61,944 bases of DNA from a virus (lineage: Duplodnaviria; Caudoviricetes): the IMG/VR virus record IMGVR_UViG_3300032268_000572, positions 1 to 61,944 of that record; one strand, written 5' to 3'. The notes under the pieces were generated by a model. The model made no database searches. It worked only from the letters and a program-made list of their open reading frames with translations, and was not told the DNA's origin. Shown piece after piece: positions 19,516 to 27,986 of the stretch. How positions within the stretch are numbered: the first letter of the stretch is position 1; the number at the start of each line of letters is the position of its first letter. The translations under genes were made by a program, and so were the position numbers.

Positions 19516-19715
19516 TGGTAGACACAACGGGCAAGGTTCTGTGGGTAGCAGACGACGGAAGCTACGGATACGGCAAGCTGTTGACATTCGATACGGCAAG
19601 CTGGACTGACGAAGACTTTAGCAGACTAGATGAAGCATCGGATAGCGAAAGAGTAGATGTAGCAGTAGACATCGAGTATCAGAAGGAGACGGGTAATGTC
19701 GACTTGGGAAGTTAG
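19515..19715 (+). CDS. hypothetical acidic protein
   Basis: TAATG coupling, AAGGAG RBS. Confidence 0.7.
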   Translation: MVDTTGKVLWVADDGSYGYGKLLTFDTASWTDEDFSRLDEASDSERVDVAVDIEYQKETGNVDLGS

Positions 19716-19872
19716 GATATACGAAACGGTGTTCCATACAGCGTCAGTAGAAGCGAACAGTAGAGACGAAGCGTATGAAAAGGGTTATGAGATTATTACT
19801 AACGGCCCAAGTGACGGATACGATACAGAAGCAGAAGGATATACTGGCGACTGGGATGCTTGGGAAATCTAA
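19696..19872 (+). CDS. 58-aa protein with VEANSRDEA motif (DpnD/PcfM-like; not in ORF track)
   Basis: AAGGAG RBS; open frame MSTWEV...WEI. Confidence 0.65.
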   Translation: MSTWEVRIYETVFHTASVEANSRDEAYEKGYEIITNGPSDGYDTEAEGYTGDWDAWEI

Positions 19873-19876
19873 AAGC

Positions 19877-19970
19877 TTGTTCACACAAATAATGCGTCGC
19901 AAGACTCTAAAGTTGAAGTGAACAACAACCTAAGCAAGTTGTAAAAAGGCTTACTCAAACTTTGTAGAGC
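19877..19970 (+). ncRNA. candidate structured RNA containing pseudoknot copy 1
   Basis: ttgttcac/gtgaacaa stem; acaac/gttgt plus taagc/gctta pseudoknot. Confidence 0.5.
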
Positions 19971-20054
19971 TACACGGAAAACACGGAAAAAACTAGACTT
20001 GACAAATGTCAGTAGGTTATGGTAGAATAGAATAACAACAAAGAAAGGGAAAAA

Positions 20055-20303
20055 ATGTCAAGCAATTATCCTCCAGGCTCAATGATGGGGTCTGGTATTT
20101 ATTCAGTAGAAATTTCATATGACAGATTTGTTTGTGAAAATGAAGAGTGCGAAAAAGTAAACGAAGCAAACATTACCGCAACTGACGACTGGGGTAATTA
20201 CGAAATTGAGTGTGAGTTTTGCGGAGAAGTTTTTGCCAACAGCTCAACCTCCCAAGATGAGCAAGATTACAGAGAAACTAACTACGAAGATGAGGATAGA
20301 TAA
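20055..20303 (+). CDS. small Zn-ribbon-like acidic protein
   Basis: own promoter; C....C and CEFC. Confidence 0.7.
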   Translation: MSSNYPPGSMMGSGIYSVEISYDRFVCENEECEKVNEANITATDDWGNYEIECEFCGEVFANSSTSQDEQDYRETNYEDEDR

Positions 20304-20477
20304 ATGAGTAAAACATTATTGCCAACGCCGAAGGACTGGAAGATTTGTGTTTTTTGTGGACAAGTCTATGAAGATACCGAAACTATCGCTTGCTATGGTT
20401 GCCGAGAATATAAGGGCATTATGACCATAGAAGAGTGGGAAGAATATTCTGGCGAACAGTATGACGACAGAGCTTGA
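20304..20477 (+). CDS. 57-aa Zn-finger-like protein (not in ORF track)
   Basis: CVFC...CYGC; GAGGA RBS. Confidence 0.6.
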   Translation: MSKTLLPTPKDWKICVFCGQVYEDTETIACYGCREYKGIMTIEEWEEYSGEQYDDRA

Positions 20478-20540
20478 CTTTTACTAAAAACTATGGTATA
20501 ATAGAAAAGTAGTAAAACAACTAACAAAGAAAGGGAACAG

Positions 20541-21188
20541 ATGCCAAATTGGTGTGATTTAGATGTAGACATTATTGGGGACAAAGATACCCTAGAAAAA
20601 ATAGTGTCAAAGGGTTCTGAAGGAACTTTCAAGATTGGAAGCGACTGGAACTCTGAAATTATGAACTACGAAAAGTTTGAGGAAAAGGCTAATACTTTTT
20701 CTTTTGATAACTTTTTCCCAACACCAAACTTTATTGGTGTAGAAGAAGATAAGACTAAGCCTATTGAACAAAAAGTTGCGGAGTGGTCTAAAGGCTCTGA
20801 TGGAGTTTTTGATAACTGGTATGACTGGCGAGTTGGCAACTGGGGAACTAAGTGGGACTTAGGTCAAGATGAAGTTTCAATTACCGAGATTACAGATATT
20901 GGTAATGGAAAGTTTAGTTTCGGAATTGGTTCTTCTACTGCGTGGAGTCCAGCTTTAGAGTTCTTTAGAAAACTTTCTGAAGTCTATGATGTAAGAATTG
21001 TTTATCAGTATGCGGAAGAAGGTATGGCTTTCTTCGGAAAAGCTATCATAGAAGATGGAGAGATACTTTCCGATAGCTACCGAGAAATAACTAGCAACGA
21101 CTACAAAATTGCTGGGGCAACTCTTGACGAAGATGGACAAATAGATTGGGACAATACAGACGAATACGATTTGTATAAGGCTCTATAA
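20541..21188 (+). CDS. DUF1281/YubB ferredoxin-like domain protein
   Basis: MPNWC, WYDWR..NWGTKW, TAWSP, Y.EEG..F.G. Confidence 0.8.
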   Translation: MPNWCDLDVDIIGDKDTLEKIVSKGSEGTFKIGSDWNSEIMNYEKFEEKANTFSFDNFFPTPNFIGVEEDKTKPIEQKVAEWSKGSDGVFDNWYDWRVGNWGTKWDLGQDEVSITEITDIGNGKFSFGIGSSTAWSPALEFFRKLSEVYDVRIVYQYAEEGMAFFGKAIIEDGEILSDSYREITSNDYKIAGATLDEDGQIDWDNTDEYDLYKAL

Positions 21189-21269
21189 GGTGCGACACGC
21201 TTAGGGGATTGCGATTTGACTTTCCCCTAAGTGTGTGGTATAATAGTATTACAACAAGAAAGGAACACA

Positions 21270-21377
21270 ATGGAAGAATTCAATTCTCCAGAGCTAATCA
21301 ACGAAGATGCGATTGAAGCTCTAACGCCAGAACAGATTGAGGAAGCTCTAGCGATACTTACTAAAGCTGGCTACTAG
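21270..21377 (+). CDS. 35-aa acidic peptide (not in ORF track)
   Basis: own promoter, GAAAGGAA RBS. Confidence 0.65.
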   Translation: MEEFNSPELINEDAIEALTPEQIEEALAILTKAGY

Positions 21378-21383
21378 ACCAAG

Positions 21384-21424
21384 TTTCCTACACGCCTCTA
21401 TTGGTGAGGCATACAGGAATAACA
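21384..21424 (+). ncRNA. conserved hairpin, copy 1 (copy 2 at 24024-24064)
   Basis: ttcct..gcctc TATTGGT gaggc..aggaa; compensatory change in copy 2. Confidence 0.55.
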
Positions 21425-21427
21425 GGG

Positions 21428-21459
21428 AGAAGCCCCGCAGAAATGCGGGGTTTCTTTTT
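21428..21459 (+). terminator. intrinsic terminator
   Basis: gccccgca gaaa tgcggggt followed by T run. Confidence 0.8.
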
Positions 21460-21585
21460 GCAGAAAAATTTCACACGGAAAAAATAGAAAAGTCTTCCGC
21501 GAGCGCGACACGCTCTTACAACAGGATTTGATTTTTATCTTAGAGTGTGGTATAATAGAATAACAACAACAACGAAAGGACACAA

Positions 21586-21867
21586 ATGGGACACAAAACA
21601 TCATCAGAAATTGTTGAGAGCGAGCTAAGCTTGCGAGACCAACTAGCTTGGCACTTACAAGGTAATCACTATCCTCCAGTTCCGCTAGAGATGGTAGACC
21701 CTTGTATTGACTCTATCGAGTTAGCTTGTGTTGGGGACTGGAACGCTAAAGTATTGTTGCCTGAAGGCGTATCTTACAAGGGCGACAACTACGCTCCAGT
21801 TTGGGCAATGATTGAACAACATCACCTAAGCGAGTGGGTAGACGACGAAGGGGAAGGGGAATACTAA
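21586..21867 (+). CDS. hypothetical protein
   Basis: own promoter; HLQGNHYPP...QHHL. Confidence 0.75.
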   Translation: MGHKTSSEIVESELSLRDQLAWHLQGNHYPPVPLEMVDPCIDSIELACVGDWNAKVLLPEGVSYKGDNYAPVWAMIEQHHLSEWVDDEGEGEY

Positions 21868-22157
21868 TGGCTAAGACAATTACAGAAAACACAGACACAA
21901 TTAGCTTTGACTTGTTCGGAGAGTGTGGCGTAGAGATTAGTGAGTTTGTTTCCAACAAGGGCGAGAAAGTTTACGCCGTTTATTGGAACGACTATATGGT
22001 GAACGAGTGGACAGAATACTTTCCAACGCTAGCTATTGCGCTCGCGAGAGTTGCGGTTCTCGCGGAGTGTGTAGAAAATGAAAATGTCTACGCGTCTAGT
22101 TCTTTGGACTTTACTTTTAGTGCGTCAAGATTTATTGGCAAGCAAATACAGGCTTGA
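21867..22157 (+). CDS. hypothetical protein
   Basis: TAATG coupling; start at MAKTIT. Confidence 0.7.
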   Translation: MAKTITENTDTISFDLFGECGVEISEFVSNKGEKVYAVYWNDYMVNEWTEYFPTLAIALARVAVLAECVENENVYASSSLDFTFSASRFIGKQIQA

Positions 22158-22209
22158 CAAATAATCTAAAGTATGCTATAATAGAATTATAGAAAGGGAA
22201 GGTAGCGGT

Positions 22210-22389
22210 ATGGAAAACAAAATGTTTCTTTGTGAGATGACGGGTTGTTTTGATGACGGCACGCACGATATACAATTTACCAACGGCGAGGAATTTCAAG
22301 TTTGTGAAAGTTGCTTAGAGTTTTGGAAATTGGATACCGAATACAAAATAAAGTCTGTAAAAGAATTTGCTAACAGGAAGGCTAGCTAA
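22210..22389 (+). CDS. 59-aa Cys-rich protein (not in ORF track)
   Basis: own promoter; C....C...H...CESC. Confidence 0.6.
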   Translation: MENKMFLCEMTGCFDDGTHDIQFTNGEEFQVCESCLEFWKLDTEYKIKSVKEFANRKAS

Positions 22390-22751
22390 TGACATATGCG
22401 GTAGAGAAGCAAGTGAATACAACGGAACGGGTTATCGGTTATGTTGGAGTTGATGCGGGTATGTTGCTAATCACAGACCCTAGCTACGCCCGCAACTGGG
22501 TTGATAATGAAATGGGTGATGCGGGCGACGGACACTACTCTTGGGCGGGCGCTTGCTCAACGGCACGGGGTTTATTACAGGGCGGTTCGCTAAATTACGA
22601 CAAGGGACACGACGGACAAGGCGTGGTGTTTAGGACTGGCGTGGGCGACGGATACTATCCAGTAGTGGGACACTATGCCGAAGTAGACGGCTGGGGCGAG
22701 CGAATTGTAAAAATTGAAGTTATCTTTTTACAGGAGGAAACGGATGAGTAA
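22389..22751 (+). CDS. DUF4241-like protein
   Basis: GYVGVDAG...DP and TGVGDGYYPV. Confidence 0.7.
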   Translation: MTYAVEKQVNTTERVIGYVGVDAGMLLITDPSYARNWVDNEMGDAGDGHYSWAGACSTARGLLQGGSLNYDKGHDGQGVVFRTGVGDGYYPVVGHYAEVDGWGERIVKIEVIFLQEETDE

Positions 22752-22938
22752 ATACATAATTACAAATACAGAAAGATACGAAGTAGAAGCGGATAGCCTT
22801 GAACACGCCTTGACTCTTTACAAAATTGTTTTTGATGGTATTGAGCCAGAGATATTTGAATTACCAGACGGGGACTATGGGGACATAGACCAGTTTGAAT
22901 ATCTTGATGGAACAACGGAAGCTGTTGAGGTAGCCTAA
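22744..22938 (+). CDS. small acidic protein with VEADSLEHA motif
   Basis: GGAGG RBS; start at MSKYII. Confidence 0.65.
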   Translation: MSKYIITNTERYEVEADSLEHALTLYKIVFDGIEPEIFELPDGDYGDIDQFEYLDGTTEAVEVA

Positions 22939-23065
22939 AAAATTTCGGAGATTTGTTTTTTGCGGTGAAGGTTCACACGGAAAAAGTGGAAAAAAGCTTG
23001 CCGTGTTGGATTTGACAAATGTCGTAGGGTTATGGTATAATTGAATTACAACGAAAGGAAAACAA

Positions 23066-23239
23066 ATGACAGAGAAATTTTTCAATGTTAGTTTTATAAC
23101 AGACAGAGTAATAGTTAGCACAACAGTTGAAGCTGACGACGATACAGAAGCTCACGATAAAGCCCTAGAAGAAGTTAGAGGCTACTTGGGGCTAGACCTA
23201 ATCCCTGTTCGCTATCAAATAGAAGTTGAGCGTGTTTAG
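23066..23239 (+). CDS. 57-aa protein with VEADDDTEA motif (not in ORF track)
   Basis: own promoter, GAAAGGA RBS. Confidence 0.7.
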   Translation: MTEKFFNVSFITDRVIVSTTVEADDDTEAHDKALEEVRGYLGLDLIPVRYQIEVERV

Positions 23240-23316
23240 GACACGATTTGACAAATGTCAGTTGGTTATGGTATACTATAACTAGCAACAAAGAAGCAAC
23301 CAACGAAAGGAAAACT

Positions 23317-23535
23317 ATGAAATACCAAAACATAGACAAAGCACTAGAAGCCCTAAAAGCTCACAGACTAAGCTCAGAGCTAGATAAAGATGTTGTAGAA
23401 GCTACCGTTGAAGCCTACGCCTTCTTGAACAGCTTACTAACTAGCCAGCTTGGTGAAAAGCAATCCGAAAGAGTATTGAAAGCCGTTGAGAAATATGTTT
23501 CTGGGGTTAGCGTAGATAGCGACTTTATCTCCTAA
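23317..23535 (+). CDS. hypothetical protein
   Basis: own promoter, GAAAGGA RBS; start at MKYQNI. Confidence 0.7.
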   Translation: MKYQNIDKALEALKAHRLSSELDKDVVEATVEAYAFLNSLLTSQLGEKQSERVLKAVEKYVSGVSVDSDFIS

Positions 23536-23638
23536 GCCACGACACGCCTAGGATATTTGGATTTGACAAATGTCCTAGGTGTGTGGTATAATAGATACAT
23601 AGCAACAAAGCAACACCAACCCAACGAAAGGAAACCAA

Positions 23639-23935
23639 ATGACACAGACCCTAGTAGCAGTAGAGGTAGCAACACTAATCACCGAGCTAGCAGAAGTTCG
23701 TAGCCAAAAGGCAGACCTAACCAAGCGTGAAGGTCAGATTAGAAACGAAGTCTTGGCAACAACTGGCAAGGTTGCTACCGAGATTTTTGACCCAAGCACA
23801 GGTAAGGCTATCGCCGAGATAGTTCTTAGCGAGCGTAGGTCAATTACAGACTGGGAAACTTTCCAGCTAGCTTTTCCAGAGGCTTACCAAGCTCTCGTGA
23901 AGTTCACCGAGGTTGCGACACTCAACCTAAAGTAG
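23639..23935 (+). CDS. hypothetical protein with N-terminal coiled coil
   Basis: own promoter and RBS. Confidence 0.75.
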   Translation: MTQTLVAVEVATLITELAEVRSQKADLTKREGQIRNEVLATTGKVATEIFDPSTGKAIAEIVLSERRSITDWETFQLAFPEAYQALVKFTEVATLNLK

Positions 23936-23957
23936 TTTAGTAAAACTTGGCAAAAAC

Positions 23958-24090
23958 CAAAAATTGGATTTATCCAAAAATTTGGTAGCCTCACCTGAGC
24001 AAGTGGCTAAAAGGCTCACAGATTTTCCTAAACACCTCTATTGGTGAGGTATACAGGAATAACAACCTGAGCAAGTTGAAAAAAGGCTCA
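23958..24090 (+). ncRNA. composite structured RNA candidate: hairpin, pseudoknot, conserved hairpin, pseudoknot
   Basis: pseudoknots at 23992-24018 and 24063-24090 flank the duplicated hairpin at 24024-24064. Confidence 0.55.
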
Positions 24091-24198
24091 CCCCCGCCAC
24101 ACGGAAGTTTGAGAAAAATCTCCGCAACACGATTTGATTTTTACGAAGAAGTATGTTATAATAAATAAGCAACACAAATGATGAAAGGAAAAAGTAAA

Positions 24199-24453
24199 AT
24201 GGCAACAATTCAGAAAAATCTTCAGTATCACTTTGTCGTAGTTTGGAACGAAGCATCTGGGACTTGGGAAGTTGATGCGGAAACCCTTGATGCTAAGTTT
24301 GACACCGAAGTTATTTGGGACAAGGACAGCAACAACTGGGTCAGCTACGAAGATGATGAGGAGTTGCGAAACGACTTTACAAATAAAGAAGATGCGCTCG
24401 CAACTATTCTTCAGCAGTTCAATTCTAATTTTAGAGAGGGCGTGTTGGAATAA
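24199..24453 (+). CDS. hypothetical acidic protein
   Basis: own promoter; start at MATIQ after GAAAGGA. Confidence 0.7.
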   Translation: MATIQKNLQYHFVVVWNEASGTWEVDAETLDAKFDTEVIWDKDSNNWVSYEDDEELRNDFTNKEDALATILQQFNSNFREGVLE

Positions 24454-24855
24454 ATGAAAAGAGTGAGCATTACACAAGACCAGATTTTAGATGCGTCTTT
24501 TTATGTCAATAGTCCTAGTGCCGAAACTGTTTGGGAAGAAGAAGGCAATAGGTTCTTTGTTGTGCGTAATGGCGAGATGCGTATTCACGCTAAGAAGGAA
24601 GTTGGAGATGAGCATACCGAAGTTATTCGCTACACCGACCAGCTAAGAGATTTTGGTATCTACTTGGATAGTCAGCTTGCGGAGTGGACAGACAAGGGCG
24701 AAGAAGTATTTTGCTGGGTAAACAATTCTTGGTTTGAGGTTTGGGATACTAAGGACACCGACTATTTCTCAGAGCCTTTGTTTGACTTGAACGAAGCGAT
24801 AGAGTATGCTAAAGAACTATTAGAAGCATACGGAAACAATAAGGAAGTTGGCTAA
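24454..24855 (+). CDS. hypothetical acidic protein
   Basis: coupled ORF. Confidence 0.7.
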   Translation: MKRVSITQDQILDASFYVNSPSAETVWEEEGNRFFVVRNGEMRIHAKKEVGDEHTEVIRYTDQLRDFGIYLDSQLAEWTDKGEEVFCWVNNSWFEVWDTKDTDYFSEPLFDLNEAIEYAKELLEAYGNNKEVG

Positions 24856-25139
24856 TGGATTTCAAGGTTGCGCTAGGACACACGATTAGGCTAAGAAGAT
24901 TAGAGCAGAATAAAACTATGCGTGATATGCGTGAAGCCTGCCCTTATATTTCTTTGGGCTATCTTTCGGAAGTAGAGCGTGGCTTGAATAATGTATCCAG
25001 CGAACTACTGGGAACTATTGCCGAAGCCCTAAGTCTAGAAGTTTATGAGCTAATACGGGACACCGCTAATTTGATGGAGAACTTTGATAAACTATCCCCG
25101 TCAGATTTCCAGAAAGAATATACAGACTTGCGTAGATAA
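24855..25139 (+). CDS. XRE HTH regulator, ClgR-like
   Basis: LG..IR.RR..Q..T...ISLGYLSEVERG..SSELL..I.EAL matches the actinobacterial ClgR pattern. Confidence 0.8.
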   Translation: MDFKVALGHTIRLRRLEQNKTMRDMREACPYISLGYLSEVERGLNNVSSELLGTIAEALSLEVYELIRDTANLMENFDKLSPSDFQKEYTDLRR

Positions 25140-25200
25140 TTCCTTTCTCTACGCAACAACCCCGCTAAGATAATTCCTTTCTCTTGGCGGGGATTTCTTT
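25128..25200 (+). terminator. tandem hairpins with identical TAATTCCTTTC loops; second followed by T run
   Basis: ttgcgtaga/tctacgcaa and ccccgctaaga/tcttggcgggg stems. Confidence 0.7.
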
Positions 25201-25392
25201 TGCCCGCTTTTTTCAGGATTTTCCGTGTAGATTATCCGCCCGATCTTCAACTTTTCAATAAGGCTTATTGGGAAGTTGAGGGAAGTTCAGAAATGTCGGT
25301 GGGTGGCGCTAGAAGACACGCCGAATAGAAATAGACTTGACATATGTCAGAGGTGTGTGGTATACTAGATACATAACGAAAGGAAAACACAA

Positions 25393-25573
25393 AATGACAG
25401 TAATCAACAAGATTGAAGAAGGCTCATCACCGATTGAGCTAAGCATTAGCCACAAACTAGATGGTGGTTGCCCTTGCGGTGCTGTTGAAGGTGCTACTTA
25501 CAAAAAAGATGGCTCTGGCTACGCCAAATACATAACTACAAAAATCTACACTCACAAGAGCCTAAACAAGTAG
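25393..25573 (+). CDS. hypothetical protein
   Basis: own promoter, RBS; start at MTVINK (+/-1 nt). Confidence 0.65.
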
Positions 25574-25589
25574 ACACAAGCCAAACACA

Positions 25590-25621
25590 AAGCCCTGCCG
25601 AAAAAGCGGGGTTTTGTTTTT
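25590..25621 (+). terminator. intrinsic terminator
   Basis: agccctgc/gcggggtt stem followed by T run. Confidence 0.65.
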
Positions 25622-25683
25622 GTGTGGCAATCAGAAATGTCGGTGGGTCGTGGTATAATAGATACATAACGAAAGGAAATCAA

Positions 25684-25803
25684 ATGACTAAAGAAGAAAT
25701 CATTGAGCTAGTGAAGGCTTACCAAGCTGGCAGACTAACACTAGGCGAGATTTACTACGCCGTTCAAATCTGGGGTGGCGACTTGGACGAGGTTCTGTTC
25801 TAA
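25684..25803 (+). CDS. 39-aa peptide (not in ORF track)
   Basis: own promoter, GAAAGGA RBS. Confidence 0.6.
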   Translation: MTKEEIIELVKAYQAGRLTLGEIYYAVQIWGGDLDEVLF

Positions 25804-25818
25804 AACAAAAACAAAAAG

Positions 25819-25847
25819 TTCTCGCTCGCAAGGGCGAGGATTTTTTT
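25819..25847 (+). terminator. intrinsic terminator
   Basis: ttctcgctc gcaa gggcgagga followed by T7. Confidence 0.75.
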
Positions 25848-25986
25848 GACTCAGGGTCTACACGGAAAACTTAGAAAAAAGTTTCGCCTGGGGCCTGGGC
25901 ACGAGGCGCTCGCAAAAACTAAATTTGCTTTTGTCGTAGGTATGTGGTATAATAGTATTATCAACCAAACAAGGGAGCTGAACATT

Positions 25987-26301
25987 ATGGCAAGGAAACC
26001 AAACCTAAACCCAACACCACTTACAGAGCGCGTCTGTAAGCGCGGACACATTGGGCAATACCGTAAACGCGGTGTCAGGACATTAGCTTGCTACCCTTGC
26101 TCAAAGCTAGCCAACGCGCGATTCAAAGAGCGCGGTGGCACATACTCTCCCGCCCTAAGTCTACAAAAGAAGCCACTTGCTCAGCGCACCTGCCAGCGCG
26201 GGCACATTGGTCAGTATCGCTTGCGTGGTAAGAACTCGATTGTTTGCCACGATTGCTCAAAGCTAGCCAACGCGCGATTCAGAGAGCGCAAGGGAGCTTG
26301 A
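25987..26301 (+). CDS. basic protein with two tandem CxxGH..CxxC Zn-finger repeats
   Basis: CKRGH..CYPC and CQRGH..CHDC; start at MARKPN. Confidence 0.7.
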   Translation: MARKPNLNPTPLTERVCKRGHIGQYRKRGVRTLACYPCSKLANARFKERGGTYSPALSLQKKPLAQRTCQRGHIGQYRLRGKNSIVCHDCSKLANARFRERKGA

Positions 26302-26361
26302 CTTTTTTGCCGTTGTGTGGTATAATTGTATTAGGAGCCGAACTAATCAGTAGGCCTAACA

Positions 26362-26393
26362 GACCTGAGCAAAATAAGTCGCAAAACTGCTCA
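26362..26393 (+). ncRNA. pseudoknot copy 4 in a 5' leader
   Basis: gac/gtc plus tgagca/tgctca. Confidence 0.45.
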
Positions 26394-26421
26394 ACACAAA
26401 CAAACAGATGAAAGGACAGAA

Positions 26422-26796
26422 ATGACAAAGCTAGGTGTAGTAATCAAGACAGATGGAACGCTAGAGCGTTTGGACTTGTCAGTATCAGAGCAAGAGCTGA
26501 AGAGCTTACAGAACGCCGTTGGTGGTTATGTTCAGGTTATAGAGCTGGAAGATGACTTCACTATGTGGGTGAACGAAGAAGGAAAGCTACTTGGCTTGGA
26601 AGAAAACAAAATTGCCACAGTTATCTGGGAGGTCAGGTTTGGCCTTGGCACAGACATTATTTGCGGTGATGTTGTATTTACTGGTGGTATGGACGAAGAT
26701 GGAGAAACCCTAACCATTAGTGAAGCCAATATTCAGAGATTAGCTGAACTAGTAGAGGGGCTAAAGCGCAGTAACGCTGTAACCCAAATCTACTGA
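26422..26796 (+). CDS. DUF3846 domain protein
   Basis: LQNAVGGYVQ..MWVNEEGK..L..N..A..DIICGDVVFTG. Confidence 0.82.
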   Translation: MTKLGVVIKTDGTLERLDLSVSEQELKSLQNAVGGYVQVIELEDDFTMWVNEEGKLLGLEENKIATVIWEVRFGLGTDIICGDVVFTGGMDEDGETLTISEANIQRLAELVEGLKRSNAVTQIY

Positions 26797-26824
26797 GACA
26801 CGCCCAATCCCGAAACAAAAGCTA

Positions 26825-26868
26825 AATTCCCCTACTTCCCCGTGTTTTTGCGGGGAGTAGCGGGATTT
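26825..26868 (+). terminator. hairpin/terminator
   Basis: ctacttccccg / cggggagtag stem. Confidence 0.6.
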
Positions 26869-27026
26869 GGACACGGAAAAGTCGGAAAAATGTTGCGGGG
26901 CGCTCGCAAATGAGGTAAAATATAGACACGGCTTTCTTCGGGAAGCCGTTTATAACTGAATACAAGATTGGGAGAACCAAACCAATAAACGCCGAGAAAT
27001 TACTCTCACAGGAAAGGTAGGCGCAA

Positions 27027-27662
27027 ATGAGATGGTTGATATCAACAAGTATCACCCTTTCTCTCACTACTGGGGCAATTGCCGTTGTAGTGGAAGAAGA
27101 ACCAATTGAAACTAAAGACACAACGATTAGTAGCACATGGAAAATGCCGGGAGCTATTGAGCCTCCCCTGCCCTTTATGAGTGAAGAATACATTACTCAG
27201 ATGCTGGCAGAAGAAGAGGCTGAAAGACAAAGAATCATAGCTGAGGTAGCTCTAAAGAAACACAGAGAAGATGCCTATAAAAACAAGGTAGCCATGGAAG
27301 AGCGAATTCGCCTTTTGGGAGCGCAAGTAGGGAAGACATGGTATGTCTTCGGCGGAAGCACTACAAGAGGCTGGGACTGTTCTGGCATGGTGAAGTGGTT
27401 TTATGAAGGTCTAGGTGTGGAACTATATCACGGAGCTAGCTCTCAAAAAAACTCTGGAGTAAAAGTTGATATTCCTAAGCTTGGAGACTTAGTAGCCTTT
27501 GGCTACAATGCCGACTCAGCTGGTCATATTGGCATTTACATTTCAGAAGATGTGATGATACATGTGGGCAGGCCCGGTGAAACGACTTCTTACAGGTCAA
27601 TATCTGAATTTGGAAAATTTTACGGGGAGATAACTTATACCCGTATCTTACATACTGAATAA
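27027..27662 (+). CDS. secreted NlpC/P60 cell-wall peptidase
   Basis: signal peptide; YVFGG..GWDCSG, GDLVAF, HIGIY, MIH. Confidence 0.88.
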   Translation: MRWLISTSITLSLTTGAIAVVVEEEPIETKDTTISSTWKMPGAIEPPLPFMSEEYITQMLAEEEAERQRIIAEVALKKHREDAYKNKVAMEERIRLLGAQVGKTWYVFGGSTTRGWDCSGMVKWFYEGLGVELYHGASSQKNSGVKVDIPKLGDLVAFGYNADSAGHIGIYISEDVMIHVGRPGETTSYRSISEFGKFYGEITYTRILHTE

Positions 27663-27679
27663 AGATTGACCATAAGTTT

Positions 27680-27710
27680 GCCCCGTCAGAGATGATGGGG
27701 CTTTCTTATT
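27680..27710 (+). terminator. intrinsic terminator
   Basis: gccccgtca gaga tgatggggc followed by T-rich run. Confidence 0.7.
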
Positions 27711-27815
27711 TGATAGATCATCGGCACACGGAAAATCCTGAACGATCTTTGATGCGGGCTACTTGACATTTATGCTTTGATGCTGTATAATAGTAATAAG
27801 AAGAAAGGAGTCGAG

Positions 27816-27986
27816 ATGGCTACCAAGAAGTTTCAGTTTCACGCAATAAGCAACACGCCTTACATTGAAGGTATGCGTGAGATTCGCAAGTCTAACGCGT
27901 CTGGCACACACGCCGACAAGCGTCAGAAGCGAGCTAGGACTCGACAAGCGTCTAAGTCTAGGACTATAAAGGACTGGCTTGACTAG
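27816..27986 (+). CDS. small basic protein
   Basis: own promoter, AAAGGAG RBS; RKSNASGTH.DKR..RTR. Confidence 0.7.
   Translation: MATKKFQFHAISNTPYIEGMREIRKSNASGTHADKRQKRARTRQASKSRTIKDWLD

Noticed and set aside
19925-26393. Hammerhead ribozyme reading of CTGAGC...AAA motifs
   Set aside because: Lacks the CUGANGA core and three-stem junction; pairing fits a simple pseudoknot
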